Origin: Tubulanus polymorphus
Taxonomy: Eukaryota > Animalia > Nemertea
Direction of reading: 5' to 3'
DNA: 64,000 nt
Assembly (NCBI RefSeq): GCF_964204645.1
Contig: NC_134031.1
Location: 11,596,088 to 11,660,087 of the forward strand
Every line of letters starts with the position of its first letter. The first letter of the stretch is position 1. The translations under genes and the position numbers were made by a program. Positions 43,397-55,120 of this stretch are shown piece after piece. The notes below the pieces were generated by a model. The model was not told the DNA's origin, made no database searches, and saw only the letters and a list, made by a program, of their open reading frames with translations.

Positions 43397-44826
43397 CTAA
43401 TGCAATATCGATTGATAATAGTGAGAGGCACTGGTGCACGTGAATATATGATATAACATCAGCGTGATTTCGTGAATTTTGTGGTACATGTGAATCGTGA
43501 ATTTCTCGACGAGCAGCAAATCGATCGAGGTGGGAATTCGAAAGTCATTTAGTCGGAATGGTTTTTATTGATATTTGCCTTTCTGAGGTTTTGAATGCCT
43601 TGAAGATGGGTTAATTTTATCCAATGAAAAATTTAGCAAGTTTCACATCAAACAACTACATCAAAACACCGAGTAAATTGCACATTAACCATAAAAAAAG
43701 AATTCATTGAGTGACTATGAGAATTATAGGCCTTTGGCATTAATCAATTTTGCCTATTGAGAACACGTGAACTCATTACATGATACGTCAAATTTAAGAA
43801 GATTTTACTGTTGAATTGAATGCGCCATTTGCTAAATTACACATCATTAATAGAAAAAATTATGAAAAGTTATAAAGTAGATGCACAGTTTCTTCAATTA
43901 ATACGTCAAATTTAGGAACATTTTAAACTTAAAATGCAAATATAATTAAATCAAAGTAGAGCCATTATTTGTTATAAAATGTTTAAATTGTTATTAAAAT
44001 ATTTTACCAAGTTTGTTCTCTGGAGTTATTATGATGTGAAATTAACTACATTACCAAGTGAGTAATGATAGACTGGGGACATTTTTTCCGGGGACAATTT
44101 TTCCCGGGGACATTTTGACCATATACCGAATAATGCGGACGCAACGTGCACAGCACGATTTTCAGCTCGTTACGGGGCCTATATAGCAAAACAATCAAGT
44201 TTATGAAATATTATACATGTACTTTCTTAATTTGTCTTTTTTATTTTATGAATAATCATGACATGTTATACACATAGATTTGATCTGCGAAACGATCTCT
44301 TCAGATAAAGGCCTATATTAGAATAATATCTAAGATTATTTTCATGTTTCTCTTTATCATTTATGGCAGTTAAACCTGGTTGCTCTGGTCTGAGGAAGCT
44401 TCTCACCTATTATTTGTTATAAAATCAACAAGCATTAGGCCTATGTTTGCTGAGATACTTAATGGCGACCTGATTATAGGCTACTCAAAGTTTGTTTTCT
44501 TGGCAATCTGGCATTATCCGTTGCCAGAGGCCTCAAACCTGTCACATGAATCTACGAGCATTTATGTCATTGAGATGATTGCTCGTGGCATGAATCCTTT
44601 CTAGAAAATATTATCTAAAGCTTGCAAATCGACTCTGTATATGAAGGATTCACATATCACATTTGCACAATATCACGTATCATTTATTCTTTAAAGGTAT
44701 GAATCATTCCACTTATTAGCCTACATTCAGACTAATTAAGATCTCACTTTAACTCAATCTACAACGTAGGATTTGAAATTCTGATTTTGGATTTGAAATT
44801 ATTTTCTAAATTTCGACCTGAGTATA

Positions 44827-45836
44827 TGAAAGGCTGAATCCAAGAACATGTTAACTTAGTAAATTTTATGATACAAAATTCTATTGTGGAATTTCTTCAT
44901 TTATCTACAGTTAACGGATTAGAGTATTTTATTCGACTTCGTCGGGTCCTGTAGTCGTTTAGGTTGAAAATTATTCACTTTTCGGCACGGAAGCGATATA
45001 CAACCGTGTTGGTAGCTATGATAGGGATTCCCTGTATATCTGCACCTTAAATCGGTACCTTTGTTGGTTCTAGCCCGCATTCGCATCGGAATTCAAGTAT
45101 TGGTAACGTTATTACTCTGAATGCACTTCTGTCGTCGAATATGGTGCCACATATTAGTAGTTATTATTATACGACAATTTGTGAAAAAGAGTTTAGTTGG
45201 AAAAAACTGATAATTATCTTAAATGATCATTGGTTCATCGATTCAGCGAAGTTCAAACACCGTACATTTTGGCGTATTATTTTATTATTTTTCACATCCT
45301 CAAAGAGTATCTACAATATCTTCAGATCTTAACTGAGTCACTTTAAATAGAACTATACAGCGTGAGTAGAGTTTCTCAGTACGTTTATATTGTCACGTAT
45401 CACTGCAAATCTGAAGCATATATGTTGCTACAGTGTATTTATAACAGGGAATCTGGCAAGCGATCTCAAAATGGTCACTTTTCAATAGCTGACTTTTAGA
45501 AACATAGGTTTTGGAGCAGCCGTTATAGTAGGAGTTACTATCACAAAGTCACTGTTTACAGGCGAGTGGTTTTACAGTCACCTCTACTGCTTGTGTGCAC
45601 TATCGCAACCAGATGTTTTCATGGTCACTTTTCAATAGTAGACTATTCCAAACAGCCACTTTAGAAAACCAACCGAATTGAAAGGAATACAATTTCAGAG
45701 TGACTGTTTTGAAATGTATACTACTGGAAAAGTAGCCGATATAGTTAATTGCTTATTGTTCTCAAGTGACTACTAAGTAAAAGTAGACGTTTGGGCTCAA
45801 AAGTGCGATAGACATGTTCTTGGATTCAGCCTTTCA
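44827..45836. mobile_element. Deleted and rearranged 1-kb derivative of the long-TIR element
   Basis: TATA|TGAAAGGCTGAATCC...GGATTCAGCCTTTCA|TATA; interior matches about 17910-18520 and the reverse complement of 16673-17230. Confidence 0.85.
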
Positions 45837-46622
45837 TATATGTTGCTTCTCTTCCCCAGCATTTGAATTGATTTAAACACAATTTTCGCTAATTTTTGGA
45901 TGTTTTCAAGATTCGGTCAGGAAAATACTTTATTGAAAATTAATAGAATAATGAAAAAATTGCGTTTTCCCTGTTATCCTCCCATAATCCGTGCCCTCAA
46001 AAAGGCCTTAAGGATCATTCCGCCGGGTTTCTCCTAATGATCGAATAAAACAAGATCTAGCCATTAACTCAGTATCTAGGCCCCTAGTGATAAAGAATGC
46101 CTGCCCGCTTCTGGCGTTTATCTCACATGATACGTTTTAGGCATAGCGCCTATGAATATACGGGTACATGATTGGTTGCGCACTACGCGATTGCATTGGA
46201 ACTCCCACTCCACTCATTCCGCTCATTCCACGAGCCGTTTCGCGTCCGCGTAAGTAAGGTTTTCAAAAGAAAACCTTACTTACTTAGAGTCTCGATTTGA
46301 TTTTTCACACGAAGGCCAATTCAGGTGAAAACAACATTGTTTTATCATAAATTTGATCTAGATACCGGGTATTCGATTTGGATGATTGATTGTCTGTATC
46401 ATGCCTTGTGTTCAATTTTGAAATATTTTACCATTTCAGTAAAATTTTTGGGATTAAGGCGTGTGGTTATACTGAAGTTGATCTACAACATTAAGGAGAT
46501 GGATTGTGGTAGCAGTGAAATAAGTTTGACGATATGTGAGTTGAAAATATAATCATTATTTAGTCTAGCCTAGGCCTATTGTGCCATCTCGGGTGAGTTG
46601 CTCAGTCAAAAGTTGGCTAGAG

Positions 46623-46644
46623 CATGGACGTATATACGTCCATG
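46623..46644. repeat. Perfect 22-bp palindrome with near-duplicated 7-bp flanks
   Basis: gctagag|catggacgtatatacgtccatg|gttagag. Confidence 0.7.
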
Positions 46645-47917
46645 GTTAGAGTAACCATAATGGATAGTTGACTTGTATCCGCCGGTTATCTTTAACCAAC
46701 TTTTTCAAGAGCCTATAGACCTAGTCCAGTCCTCTCTTGGGAGGCGCTCGTCAAATCGTTTTAAATGGAGGCTACGCGCGTAGTGGTTGATTGAGTTTTC
46801 CCTAGGTGATAGATTGGTTGGATGTTAAAAATGCCCATATAATTCCGACGGTACAAATTTATGACAATAAATATTAAAAGATAAAAAGTACCAGTACGTA
46901 ATCGCAAACTTAGACAATAAATATAGGAAGTTAATGAAATCTTTAAAATATGTGATATATGATATGATCAAGCGCTTAATAACGGGATTTAAGAAAAGAA
47001 TATTTAAATTTCCTCTGCCGTCCCGAGGTTAATCCCTAAGTGAATATTATCCGACACCTGAAATTGAAAATAAGTTATTTTTAATTGTTCGATATAGTGT
47101 TTAGGCCGTACCCTCCTTTATTCGCCTTCATAGGCCTGCAGCTTGTAGGCCTTTTATTAAGAGCAGCTACATCCAATGAATTTCAAGTTGGCTTTGGAAT
47201 TCTTTTTCGTCAGCTTTTCTCATTTAGACCAGGCCCTAATCGCTTTTGGAAAGCAATCGATCAAATCGGGGTGCATCTAGCAGGGGATCTTTAGAGAAAA
47301 AAGTGCAACAATTTGCACTCACGGATCACCGTACTGTACCGTTATGTACGTCACGGCCACCGTAGAAGCGGTGTGTGGAGTATCCGCTTTAATAGGCCCT
47401 ATTTTAAGATCCTTCGATTGAATTTCTGCTAGAGCCTGCTGAGTAACACGGCTACACGTGTTTTACCCCAGTGGTACCAGTTTCACATATCTAAAGTGTC
47501 ACTTCAAGGGCTCGTAACATTATTAGGCCTAGCTAGCCGATTCATTTTGTTGTCCGACCGGCCTCCTCCGAGTCCACAAACAAAGTACGGTAAAAACAGA
47601 GCCACATCGAAAAAGTTAAAAGTAAGGACAAAACATATGGTTTTATTATTATTGTAGACGATTAGAGACTAGAGTGATCACTAATGTTTATGAGACCCAT
47701 GCTCCTCGATTGGGTTGTCTCCCGGCCGCAGACCCTCCGATTGGTCTGCCTAACACCGTCCAAGACCTGGGCAGACAGGTTGCTGCTCGGCACTATTAGT
47801 CTATATCTAGCTATTATACAGGCCTAGGCCTATGAAAAATAGTAGGATAAATAGCAAATGAATATGAATTTAGGGCCTATTTATTTTTGAGATCAAAATT
47901 TGTCCTATAGGCTAAGA

Positions 47918-48546
47918 GGTAAAAGTGCAGATCCGCACCTCTCTTAAAATGGTTCAATCAATTACATTAAATATCACTGATTCAGACCCAAAATGTCATC
48001 AGCAATTCAGTACACTGGTTTATTTTATGGTATCTTCACTAGAAAGTACATTTTTAGCCTGTATTTTGTCTCGAGATCGTCACGATTTTTGAACCGGACG
48101 CCATATTGGATGGGTCAATCTAAAGTGAAGATTTGTTTAGAATATTGCTGAAACAATGTTTCATGACCCATTCATTTTGAGGAAGAAAATATAAATTTCT
48201 TGTCTATTTCAACGATGATATCTTGAAATTTGGTTAGCATTAATAACCCCAGTGACAGTTGACAAAAATTTGATTAGTTTTATGTAGGCCTACTGATTAC
48301 CCTCACATCGTTTCAGTTATAACTTAAGACAAATCTTAACTTTAGATTTCCTAATCCAATAAGGCATCCTACTGAAAGATCGTCACGATTCTGGGATAAA
48401 AACCGGGCCAAAAATCTGCTTTCTAGAAGAGATATCATAAAATAAATAACTGCATTGGATTCTGTGAGACATTCTGAAGTTAGAACAGTGATTTGTAATT
48501 CAGTAGATTGCGTCAATCACGAGAGGTGCGAATCTGCACTTTTACC
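47918..48546. mobile_element. MITE with 26-bp TIRs and 8-bp TSD (Merlin-like)
   Basis: ggtaaaagtgcagatccgcacctctc / gagaggtgcgaatctgcacttttacc; TSD ggctaaga / agctaaga. Confidence 0.75.
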
Positions 48547-48846
48547 AGCTAAGACACTTTGTGCCTGTGGTGCTGAACTACATTTTGTATAGGTGAACTG
48601 TAGAACAGCAGTAACAGTGCTGAGATTATTAGCCCTTTTATAGATTATAAATAATTATAACTAGATAGATTATGATTTATTTTGAAACAATTTATTTAAC
48701 CTTTTTTTTTATTTGAATGAGGTGTACAATTCAATTATTGTGATAAAAACTTCACGTGCAATATGTAAATATGTATATAAATTATACAGTAGTTATTCGT
48801 TTCTGAAATAATAATTTTCTATATTATTCAATACAAGACTTATCAC

Positions 48847-49405
48847 TGTCGTGGGGGGTGGCTTCTGGACGAAGTAGGATCCACTTTCTTGAGGCCAGGT
48901 TTATAAATCTTATTCTTAATGAAGTGGCGAGTGTCGGGGTGTCTTTAGACACATAGATGGGGGCAAGATACTACGCCAGGACGAGGAGATCGTGCAGGGA
49001 GGCACTCGATATGATGTTACACCGTGAGGACCTGAGGAAAAGATGCGCCGGAGCTCGGGTGACTGTGAGGTTCCGACATCGAGTCAAGGGCCCTGACTCG
49101 ATAGACCTCATGGCGGACACCTGTCCTGTCTGGTCCGTGTAATTAGGTCAATAGCTAAGACTTACCCCTGACACTCGCTTCCTCCTCTCCTATTCCTTTT
49201 TTACGAACTATAACTTTTTGTCTCTGAAGCTGTCCATCCCTTCGGCGGAAACTTTCTGAGGATTTCCCCTTTGTAGTTCCACTCCCCGGGACTACAGGAC
49301 CAAGGCGGACCCTGTAGCCACGCTTATTGAAGAGACCTGAAGATCACGACACCTATCGGTCGCTACCAGAGGATGACACTAAATCGCGGACGCGTACCGG
49401 CTACA
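48847..49405 (+). repeat. LTR copy in inverted orientation relative to the element
   Basis: 559 bp TGTCG...CTACA; reverse complement of 54562-55120. Confidence 0.92.
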
Positions 49406-49477
49406 AATTTCATTGCGTTAGTCTTCATGACTTCAACTGAAAGGAAAGAAAACAGGCCAGAGATTAGAACAACAGTC

Positions 49478-52400
49478 TCAGTCCCAACCCATGCGTTTGG
49501 GTGGGCGAATAGGACGCCCAGTTCTCGTTTGGTACGGTTGACAGTTGAGATTTGGATCGTCGCTAGGTGAAACATCGTTGCCTCGAGAAAAGACATCATT
49601 AGTTACGAGATACTCTTTTAATCGGTCACTATGGACGCATTTCTCCTTCCCGGAGGGAAGCCTGACACGAAAAATTACATCGTTAAAATTCTCAAGTATG
49701 GTACATGGCCCAGACCATAAGCATGATAGCTTTTTCGTTCTACCCGGCATTGTGGAAGGGGTATACAGCCAGACTCTAGAATCTATCGCAAATATGTGTG
49801 GTTTAGATTTGACATTGTATTGTGTTTTGTTTCTTTCAGCTCGCTTATGAGTTTGTATGCGGACCTCGTGAAAAGACTCTGATAACCGGTGCTTCATTTC
49901 AATAACGTATTGACTGCTGAGGACTGGAATTTCGCAGCGAGGACCACCTGTGATAACGTCAATGGGTAGGTCAATTTCGCGACCCAACATCAATCGGTTT
50001 GGGCTAAACCCAGTTGCATCGTGTATCGTCGCCCTGTACGCCATGGTGACGTATGGTAAGTGTTGGTCCCAGTCCATCTGGTTTTCTTCAACCTTAATAG
50101 ACAGACACATTAACAATGTTCGGTTATAACGTTCGATCATTCCATTCGATTGGGGACGAAATGCGGTACTTCTGGTTTTATGGATTTGAAGGAGTTCACA
50201 CACTTCCGCCATCAATTTGGACTGGAAGTTTCGACCTTGGTCCGAATGTATGATTCTGGGGACGCCAAATCGAGTAATAAACTCGTCTACGAGTATCCGG
50301 GCGCAAGTTACTGCTTCTTGGTTCGGAATTGCGTATGCTTCGATCCACTTCGTAAAATAGTCACCAATAACTAATATATAGATGTTTCCATCATATGTTT
50401 CAGGTAATGGACCCAATATATCCATCGATACTCTCTCCATAGGTTGGCCTACCAGATAGTTGTTCATGGGTGCTTTTAATCTACTGGAGGACTTCTTTGA
50501 AGCGCACTTATCACACCCTCTACAGAAACACTTTACGTCATCACCGATACCGTGCCAAAAAAAACGATCGTGAACTAAAAAGAGGGTCTTTTTGACACCA
50601 AAGTGACCTCCGACTGCGGATGAATGAATATGGTCGAGGACTTGCTTCCTAAACTTTTCAGGTAAGATTAATAGAGTTGAGTCCGGGTAACCTTCTCTTC
50701 TCTTTATAATGTGTAAGAGCCCCTCAATCATTTTCAGATCATTCCAGTGGGTCCAATAAAATTTGCAGGCAACACCTTGTGAGGAAACTTGATGCCATCC
50801 GGGGCGTTCATCATCTCGGATGTGAGCAAGGACCCATTTCAAGTCTCTTTCTTTCCCCTGTTCTAGTTTCATATTCTCGAGTGACCACTCTGACGACGGT
50901 AAGAACTCGCTGTAGGAATACGGCTTGTCGTTGTGAATTGTCATTTTCTTAACTGCTCGTTTCCTCACAGATATTGGTGTTTGTTTTTCAGAACAGATTC
51001 CTTCAATCCTCTCGCACTGACGACAGGGCATGCGCGATAGAGCATCAGCGTTACCATGGCTTCGACCCGGTCGGTGTACGATGTCGAACTGGTATGCACT
51101 CAGTAGAGATATCCAGCGAGCTACTTGGCCTTCTGGTTCTTTAAACGACATCAGCCACCTCAAGGATGAATGGTCAGTCCGGATTGTGAATTTCTTGTCG
51201 GCAAGGTAATATTTGAACTGTTTTACAAAGGCGACGACAGCTAAAAGCTCCCTGCGGGTCACGCAATAATTCCTCTCGGCTTTCGTTAAACAACGGCTAG
51301 CACAGGCGATAATTCTCTCCTTTCCCTCTTGAACTTGACTGACGACACCTCCAATTGCGAATGCTGACGCATCAGTGTCCAGGATAAACGGTAACCTTGG
51401 ATCGGGAAATGCCAGAACTGGTGAGTGAGTCAAAATTGACTTCAGCTCACGGAAAGCTTCTTCGCATTGGGCATCCCATCTGAATTCCCTCCCCTTTTCC
51501 GTCAGCCGATGAAGAGGTTTTGCAGTTTCAGCGAACCCTTGGCAAAACGACCGATAGTATGATGCTAAACCAAGGAAAGATCGAGTCTCTGTGACGTTTT
51601 TAGGAGTGGGCCAATTCTGGATTATTTCGATTTTGCTTTCTGAACATGATATACCATCAGCGGAGATATGGTGTCCAAGAAAATTGACTGACGTTCTAAA
51701 CAGCTCACATTTCTTAGGTTTTAGTTTTAGGCCAGCCTGTCGCAGACGGTTGAAGACAGTACGTAGGTTGGTCATCATCCCAAGGAAACTACCAGCATGA
51801 ACAATAACGTCGTCCAGGTAAACCAGAGCAATTTCTGGGATAAGACTTCTGAATACCTTTTCCATTAGCCTTTGAAACGTGGCACCACTATTCTTCAAGC
51901 CCATGGGCATCTTACGGAATTGGTATAGGCCTTTCCCGCCCACAACAAAAGCTGTCTTTTCCTTAGAGTTTTCGTGTACCTTCACCTGCCAGTATCCCGA
52001 TGCTAGATCAAGGGTGCTGAGGTACTTCACGTCAGCCAGTGATCTGATAGTGTCGTTGATAATAGGTAAAGGATAACTATCTGCCTTGGTTACAGCATTA
52101 ACATCACGATAATCTAAACACAGTCGAATAGTGTTATCCGGCTTACGAACCACGACAATACTGCTGCACCACGGACTATCAGATTCTTCAATCACGCGTG
52201 CTTTCAGCATGTCATCGACTAACTTATTGACTTCTTCTTGTGTTGCTAGGGGCAACCGCCGAAAGCGTTGTTTTGTCGGAACAGCGTTACCTACGTCGAT
52301 GACGTGTGAAGTCTCTGAGGCCTCTCCAAGATCTAAATTAGAGGAGGCGAAAACGTCCGAAAATTCAGATAGTAGTTGTTTCACATCGTGACATTCATCA

Positions 52401-53314
52401 GTGGACAGACCTTCGCAACTCCGGTGGTACAAATCTTGTAGAAATTCAGGTAATTGGTCGTTTGAATTCGACGTTTTCGATGTACTAGTTTCAGTATATA
52501 TTTTAGAAATTTGTCCGATTACCCCTAGGGGTGTCCCTTTATGAATGATCTTCGGATGCGAGCTAAGGTTCACCATACGAACAGGAATATGACTACTATT
52601 TATATTAACGACCTCTTTAGCGACGAGTACTTCTGGCCCTAGCCTCCAGTTGTTGCTAGATTCTATTAAACCCCATTGTCCAGGTGGTAACGCCGTCTTT
52701 ACATGACCCGATACCACAACTTCAGAATTCGGAGGTAAGACTAATTTCTCATAGTTACGAACGTAGGTAGAGTTCTGTTCGAGATGGCCCGTCGGATTAG
52801 AAAAAGCTTGATTCCCCCGGCATGTCACAGTGCCGGTACCCGGGTGGATATGGCAGTCATATGCGACAAGAAAATCCATTCCTAGAATAGCATCATCTGT
52901 GATGTCAGCGACTATCACGTCCCACATTATGTTAGAAGAAAAGAGACCCAACGGAACTCTAGCTGTCCCTGCGACATCCAGGGAGCTATTATCAGCAGTA
53001 TATAAATTATACTTTGTGTCCCTCAAGGTGAGTTTCTTCTTTTCGCTGATTTCAGAAAATAATTTCTTACTCCACACTGTGAAGTGTGCGCCCGTATCTA
53101 CTAAATACTTCGTGTCACGGCCGAGAATTCTTGCAGACAGATGTATAGATTCAGGTAAAGCATTCTCATATGAAAGAACCTTGATCTTTCCTGGCTGATT
53201 AAATTTGATAGGTAGGTGAGGATGTGTCTGTCCGGGTGTTACCCCTTCCCTCTCAGGAGTAACGGTATCTAGTTTCCCTGCTTCTTTGTGTAACTCGGCT
53301 TGGATTGTTCCCAT
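49478..53314 (-). CDS. pol: Gypsy Pol polyprotein (protease, RT, RNase H, integrase), expressed by -1 frameshift
   Basis: LVDTGA, YLDD, DTDAS, HHCC zinc finger, and SMDILG / HSDQG / IERYN. Slippery GGGAAAC-TAG at 53269-53278. Confidence 0.96.
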   Translation of the reverse strand: MGTIQAELHKEAGKLDTVTPEREGVTPGQTHPHLPIKFNQPGKIKVLSYENALPESIHLSARILGRDTKYLVDTGAHFTVWSKKLFSEISEKKKLTLRDTKYNLYTADNSSLDVAGTARVPLGLFSSNIMWDVIVADITDDAILGMDFLVAYDCHIHPGTGTVTCRGNQAFSNPTGHLEQNSTYVRNYEKLVLPPNSEVVVSGHVKTALPPGQWGLIESSNNWRLGPEVLVAKEVVNINSSHIPVRMVNLSSHPKIIHKGTPLGVIGQISKIYTETSTSKTSNSNDQLPEFLQDLYHRSCEGLSTDECHDVKQLLSEFSDVFASSNLDLGEASETSHVIDVGNAVPTKQRFRRLPLATQEEVNKLVDDMLKARVIEESDSPWCSSIVVVRKPDNTIRLCLDYRDVNAVTKADSYPLPIINDTIRSLADVKYLSTLDLASGYWQVKVHENSKEKTAFVVGGKGLYQFRKMPMGLKNSGATFQRLMEKVFRSLIPEIALVYLDDVIVHAGSFLGMMTNLRTVFNRLRQAGLKLKPKKCELFRTSVNFLGHHISADGISCSESKIEIIQNWPTPKNVTETRSFLGLASYYRSFCQGFAETAKPLHRLTEKGREFRWDAQCEEAFRELKSILTHSPVLAFPDPRLPFILDTDASAFAIGGVVSQVQEGKERIIACASRCLTKAERNYCVTRRELLAVVAFVKQFKYYLADKKFTIRTDHSSLRWLMSFKEPEGQVARWISLLSAYQFDIVHRPGRSHGNADALSRMPCRQCERIEGICSEKQTPISVRKRAVKKMTIHNDKPYSYSEFLPSSEWSLENMKLEQGKERDLKWVLAHIRDDERPGWHQVSSQGVACKFYWTHWNDLKMIEGLLHIIKRREGYPDSTLLILPEKFRKQVLDHIHSSAVGGHFGVKKTLFLVHDRFFWHGIGDDVKCFCRGCDKCASKKSSSRLKAPMNNYLVGQPMERVSMDILGPLPETYDGNIYILVIGDYFTKWIEAYAIPNQEAVTCARILVDEFITRFGVPRIIHSDQGRNFQSKLMAEVCELLQIHKTRSTAFRPQSNGMIERYNRTLLMCLSIKVEENQMDWDQHLPYVTMAYRATIHDATGFSPNRLMLGREIDLPIDVITGGPRCEIPVLSSQYVIEMKHRLSESFHEVRIQTHKRAERNKTQYNVKSKPHIFAIDSRVWLYTPSTMPGRTKKLSCLWSGPCTILENFNDVIFRVRLPSGKEKCVHSDRLKEYLVTNDVFSRGNDVSPSDDPNLNCQPYQTRTGRPIRPPKRMGWD

Positions 53315-54318
53315 GGTCTATTGGGAGATTGTCTTCGACCTCCGAGGTGGGGACAATTGACTCGGATGTGGCCCTGTTGGTCGCAGTTAAAACATCTTCG
53401 ATTTTCTGCAGAGGTTGGGTTCTGAGTTTTAATAGCCCGGACGTCAGCGGCCAACCGGGTAACAGCATCCGTCAGTTGTTGGATAGCCCTGGAATCATCA
53501 GAGTTCGCGACAGGCGTGGAGGTGACCGCGTTTATTTGCGACCTGACGTTCTCATGGTGTCGATTATTTTCCATCGCGTGTATGCTCTCTAATTCGAGCG
53601 CATAATTTACCAGTGCATCATATGAGCATGTATCCTTCTGATACATCAGAACCCGAGTCTCGACTTCTGGAAGGGCCTCGATAAAATGGTTCCGACAGAG
53701 GCGTTCCCTCTGTTTTGGGGTCAAGTCCGGATAGGCTAATCTTCCCATAGAAATGATCGTCTGACCAAGTTCCCTCAGCGACTCGCCTCGTTTACGTCGA
53801 CGAGATCGTAATTCTGCAAGATGAATTTCTGCTCTATGGCTTGGTCCGAATCTACTCTCCAGAGCTGCACATAATTGAAAATAATTAGTTATTTTATCCC
53901 CCATCAGATTGCAAGCTAATTGTCTGGCAGCACCACGTAGATGAGAAAACAGCATATCAGCTTTAGTTGGCGAGTCCCATCCATTCAGACGAGACACTGT
54001 CTCGAACGTTAAAAAGTAATCATTCCACGGTTCATCACCATTGTAACACTCAGGTTTTATTTTGCAGGTCAAAATACGGGACACTTGACCCGAAACATCA
54101 GTGTGGGAAGATCGAGACCTGTTCACTTCAACAGGTCGAGGAAACTCATCAACGACTGGAGCATCAGCGGGTCTAGGGGCCCCGGCATCAGGATAGTCTC
54201 CAGAACTTCGGTTTACGAGCTCAGCAGGCAACAAAGCTCTGTCTCCTAGGACCAAACTCTCGGAGCTACGACTCCGCGTCACACTTCGAGACATCCCTCG
54301 AGTTTCACGACGACTCAT
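53269..54318 (-). CDS. gag: Gypsy Gag with CCHC zinc knuckle
   Basis: Intact 349 aa; KPECYNGDEPW and CFNCDQQGHIRVNC. Confidence 0.93.
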   Translation of the reverse strand: MSRRETRGMSRSVTRSRSSESLVLGDRALLPAELVNRSSGDYPDAGAPRPADAPVVDEFPRPVEVNRSRSSHTDVSGQVSRILTCKIKPECYNGDEPWNDYFLTFETVSRLNGWDSPTKADMLFSHLRGAARQLACNLMGDKITNYFQLCAALESRFGPSHRAEIHLAELRSRRRKRGESLRELGQTIISMGRLAYPDLTPKQRERLCRNHFIEALPEVETRVLMYQKDTCSYDALVNYALELESIHAMENNRHHENVRSQINAVTSTPVANSDDSRAIQQLTDAVTRLAADVRAIKTQNPTSAENRRCFNCDQQGHIRVNCPHLGGRRQSPNRPWEQSKPSYTKKQGN

Positions 54319-54540
54319 AATTGCGTTAATAGTATTTCTGGACTATACGAAAACCTATCGTATTAGATAAGAGAAACTAGAGTCATTTCACGCGTCACGC
54401 AATTTGTATGTATTTTAGTATAACTAACTAATGCGCCTAATGTTTAAGTGTTATTATATATGGTAATCACTGTCATGGGAAGGGTAAGAGAACCAAAAAA
54501 AAATAGTGAATTAAAAAAAAAAAGTCTCTGAAAGCAATCC

Positions 54541-54558
54541 ATCCCACCGCTGCCACCA
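54541..54558 (-). promoter_or_regulatory. Primer-binding site (tRNA-Leu type)
   Basis: TGGTGGCAGCGGTGGGAT, 3 nt downstream of the 5' LTR; complementary to a tRNA-Leu 3' end (ATCCCACCGCTGCCA-CCA). Confidence 0.85.
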
Positions 54559-54561
54559 ATT

Positions 54562-55120
54562 TGTAGCCGGTACGCGTCCGCGATTTAGTGTCATCCTCTG
54601 GTAGCGACCGATAGGTGTCGTGATCTTCAGGTCTCTTCAATAAGCGTGGCTACAGGGTCCGCCTTGGTCCTGTAGTCCCGGGGAGTGGAACTACAAAGGG
54701 GAAATCCTCAGAAAGTTTCCGCCGAAGGGATGGACAGCTTCAGAGACAAAAAGTTATAGTTCGTAAAAAAGGAATAGGAGAGGAGGAAGCGAGTGTCAGG
54801 GGTAAGTCTTAGCTATTGACCTAATTACACGGACCAGACAGGACAGGTGTCCGCCATGAGGTCTATCGAGTCAGGGCCCTTGACTCGATGTCGGAACCTC
54901 ACAGTCACCCGAGCTCCGGCGCATCTTTTCCTCAGGTCCTCACGGTGTAACATCATATCGAGTGCCTCCCTGCACGATCTCCTCGTCCTGGCGTAGTATC
55001 TTGCCCCCATCTATGTGTCTAAAGACACCCCGACACTCGCCACTTCATTAAGAATAAGATTTATAAACCTGGCCTCAAGAAAGTGGATCCTACTTCGTCC
55101 AGAAGCCACCCCCCACGACA
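54562..55120 (-). repeat. 5' LTR
   Basis: 559 bp TG...CA, followed by the PBS. Confidence 0.93.

Larger units (their letters stand above)
48847..55120 (-). mobile_element. Ty3/Gypsy LTR retrotransposon with atypical 3' end
   Basis: 5' LTR, PBS, gag and pol in the order PR-RT-RH-IN; no direct-repeat 3' LTR and no PPT. Confidence 0.95.

Noticed and set aside
48957-49142. Identical 61-aa ORFs at 48957 (+) and 54825 (-)
   Set aside because: They lie inside the duplicated LTR and have no recognisable motif; useful only as evidence of the inversion.
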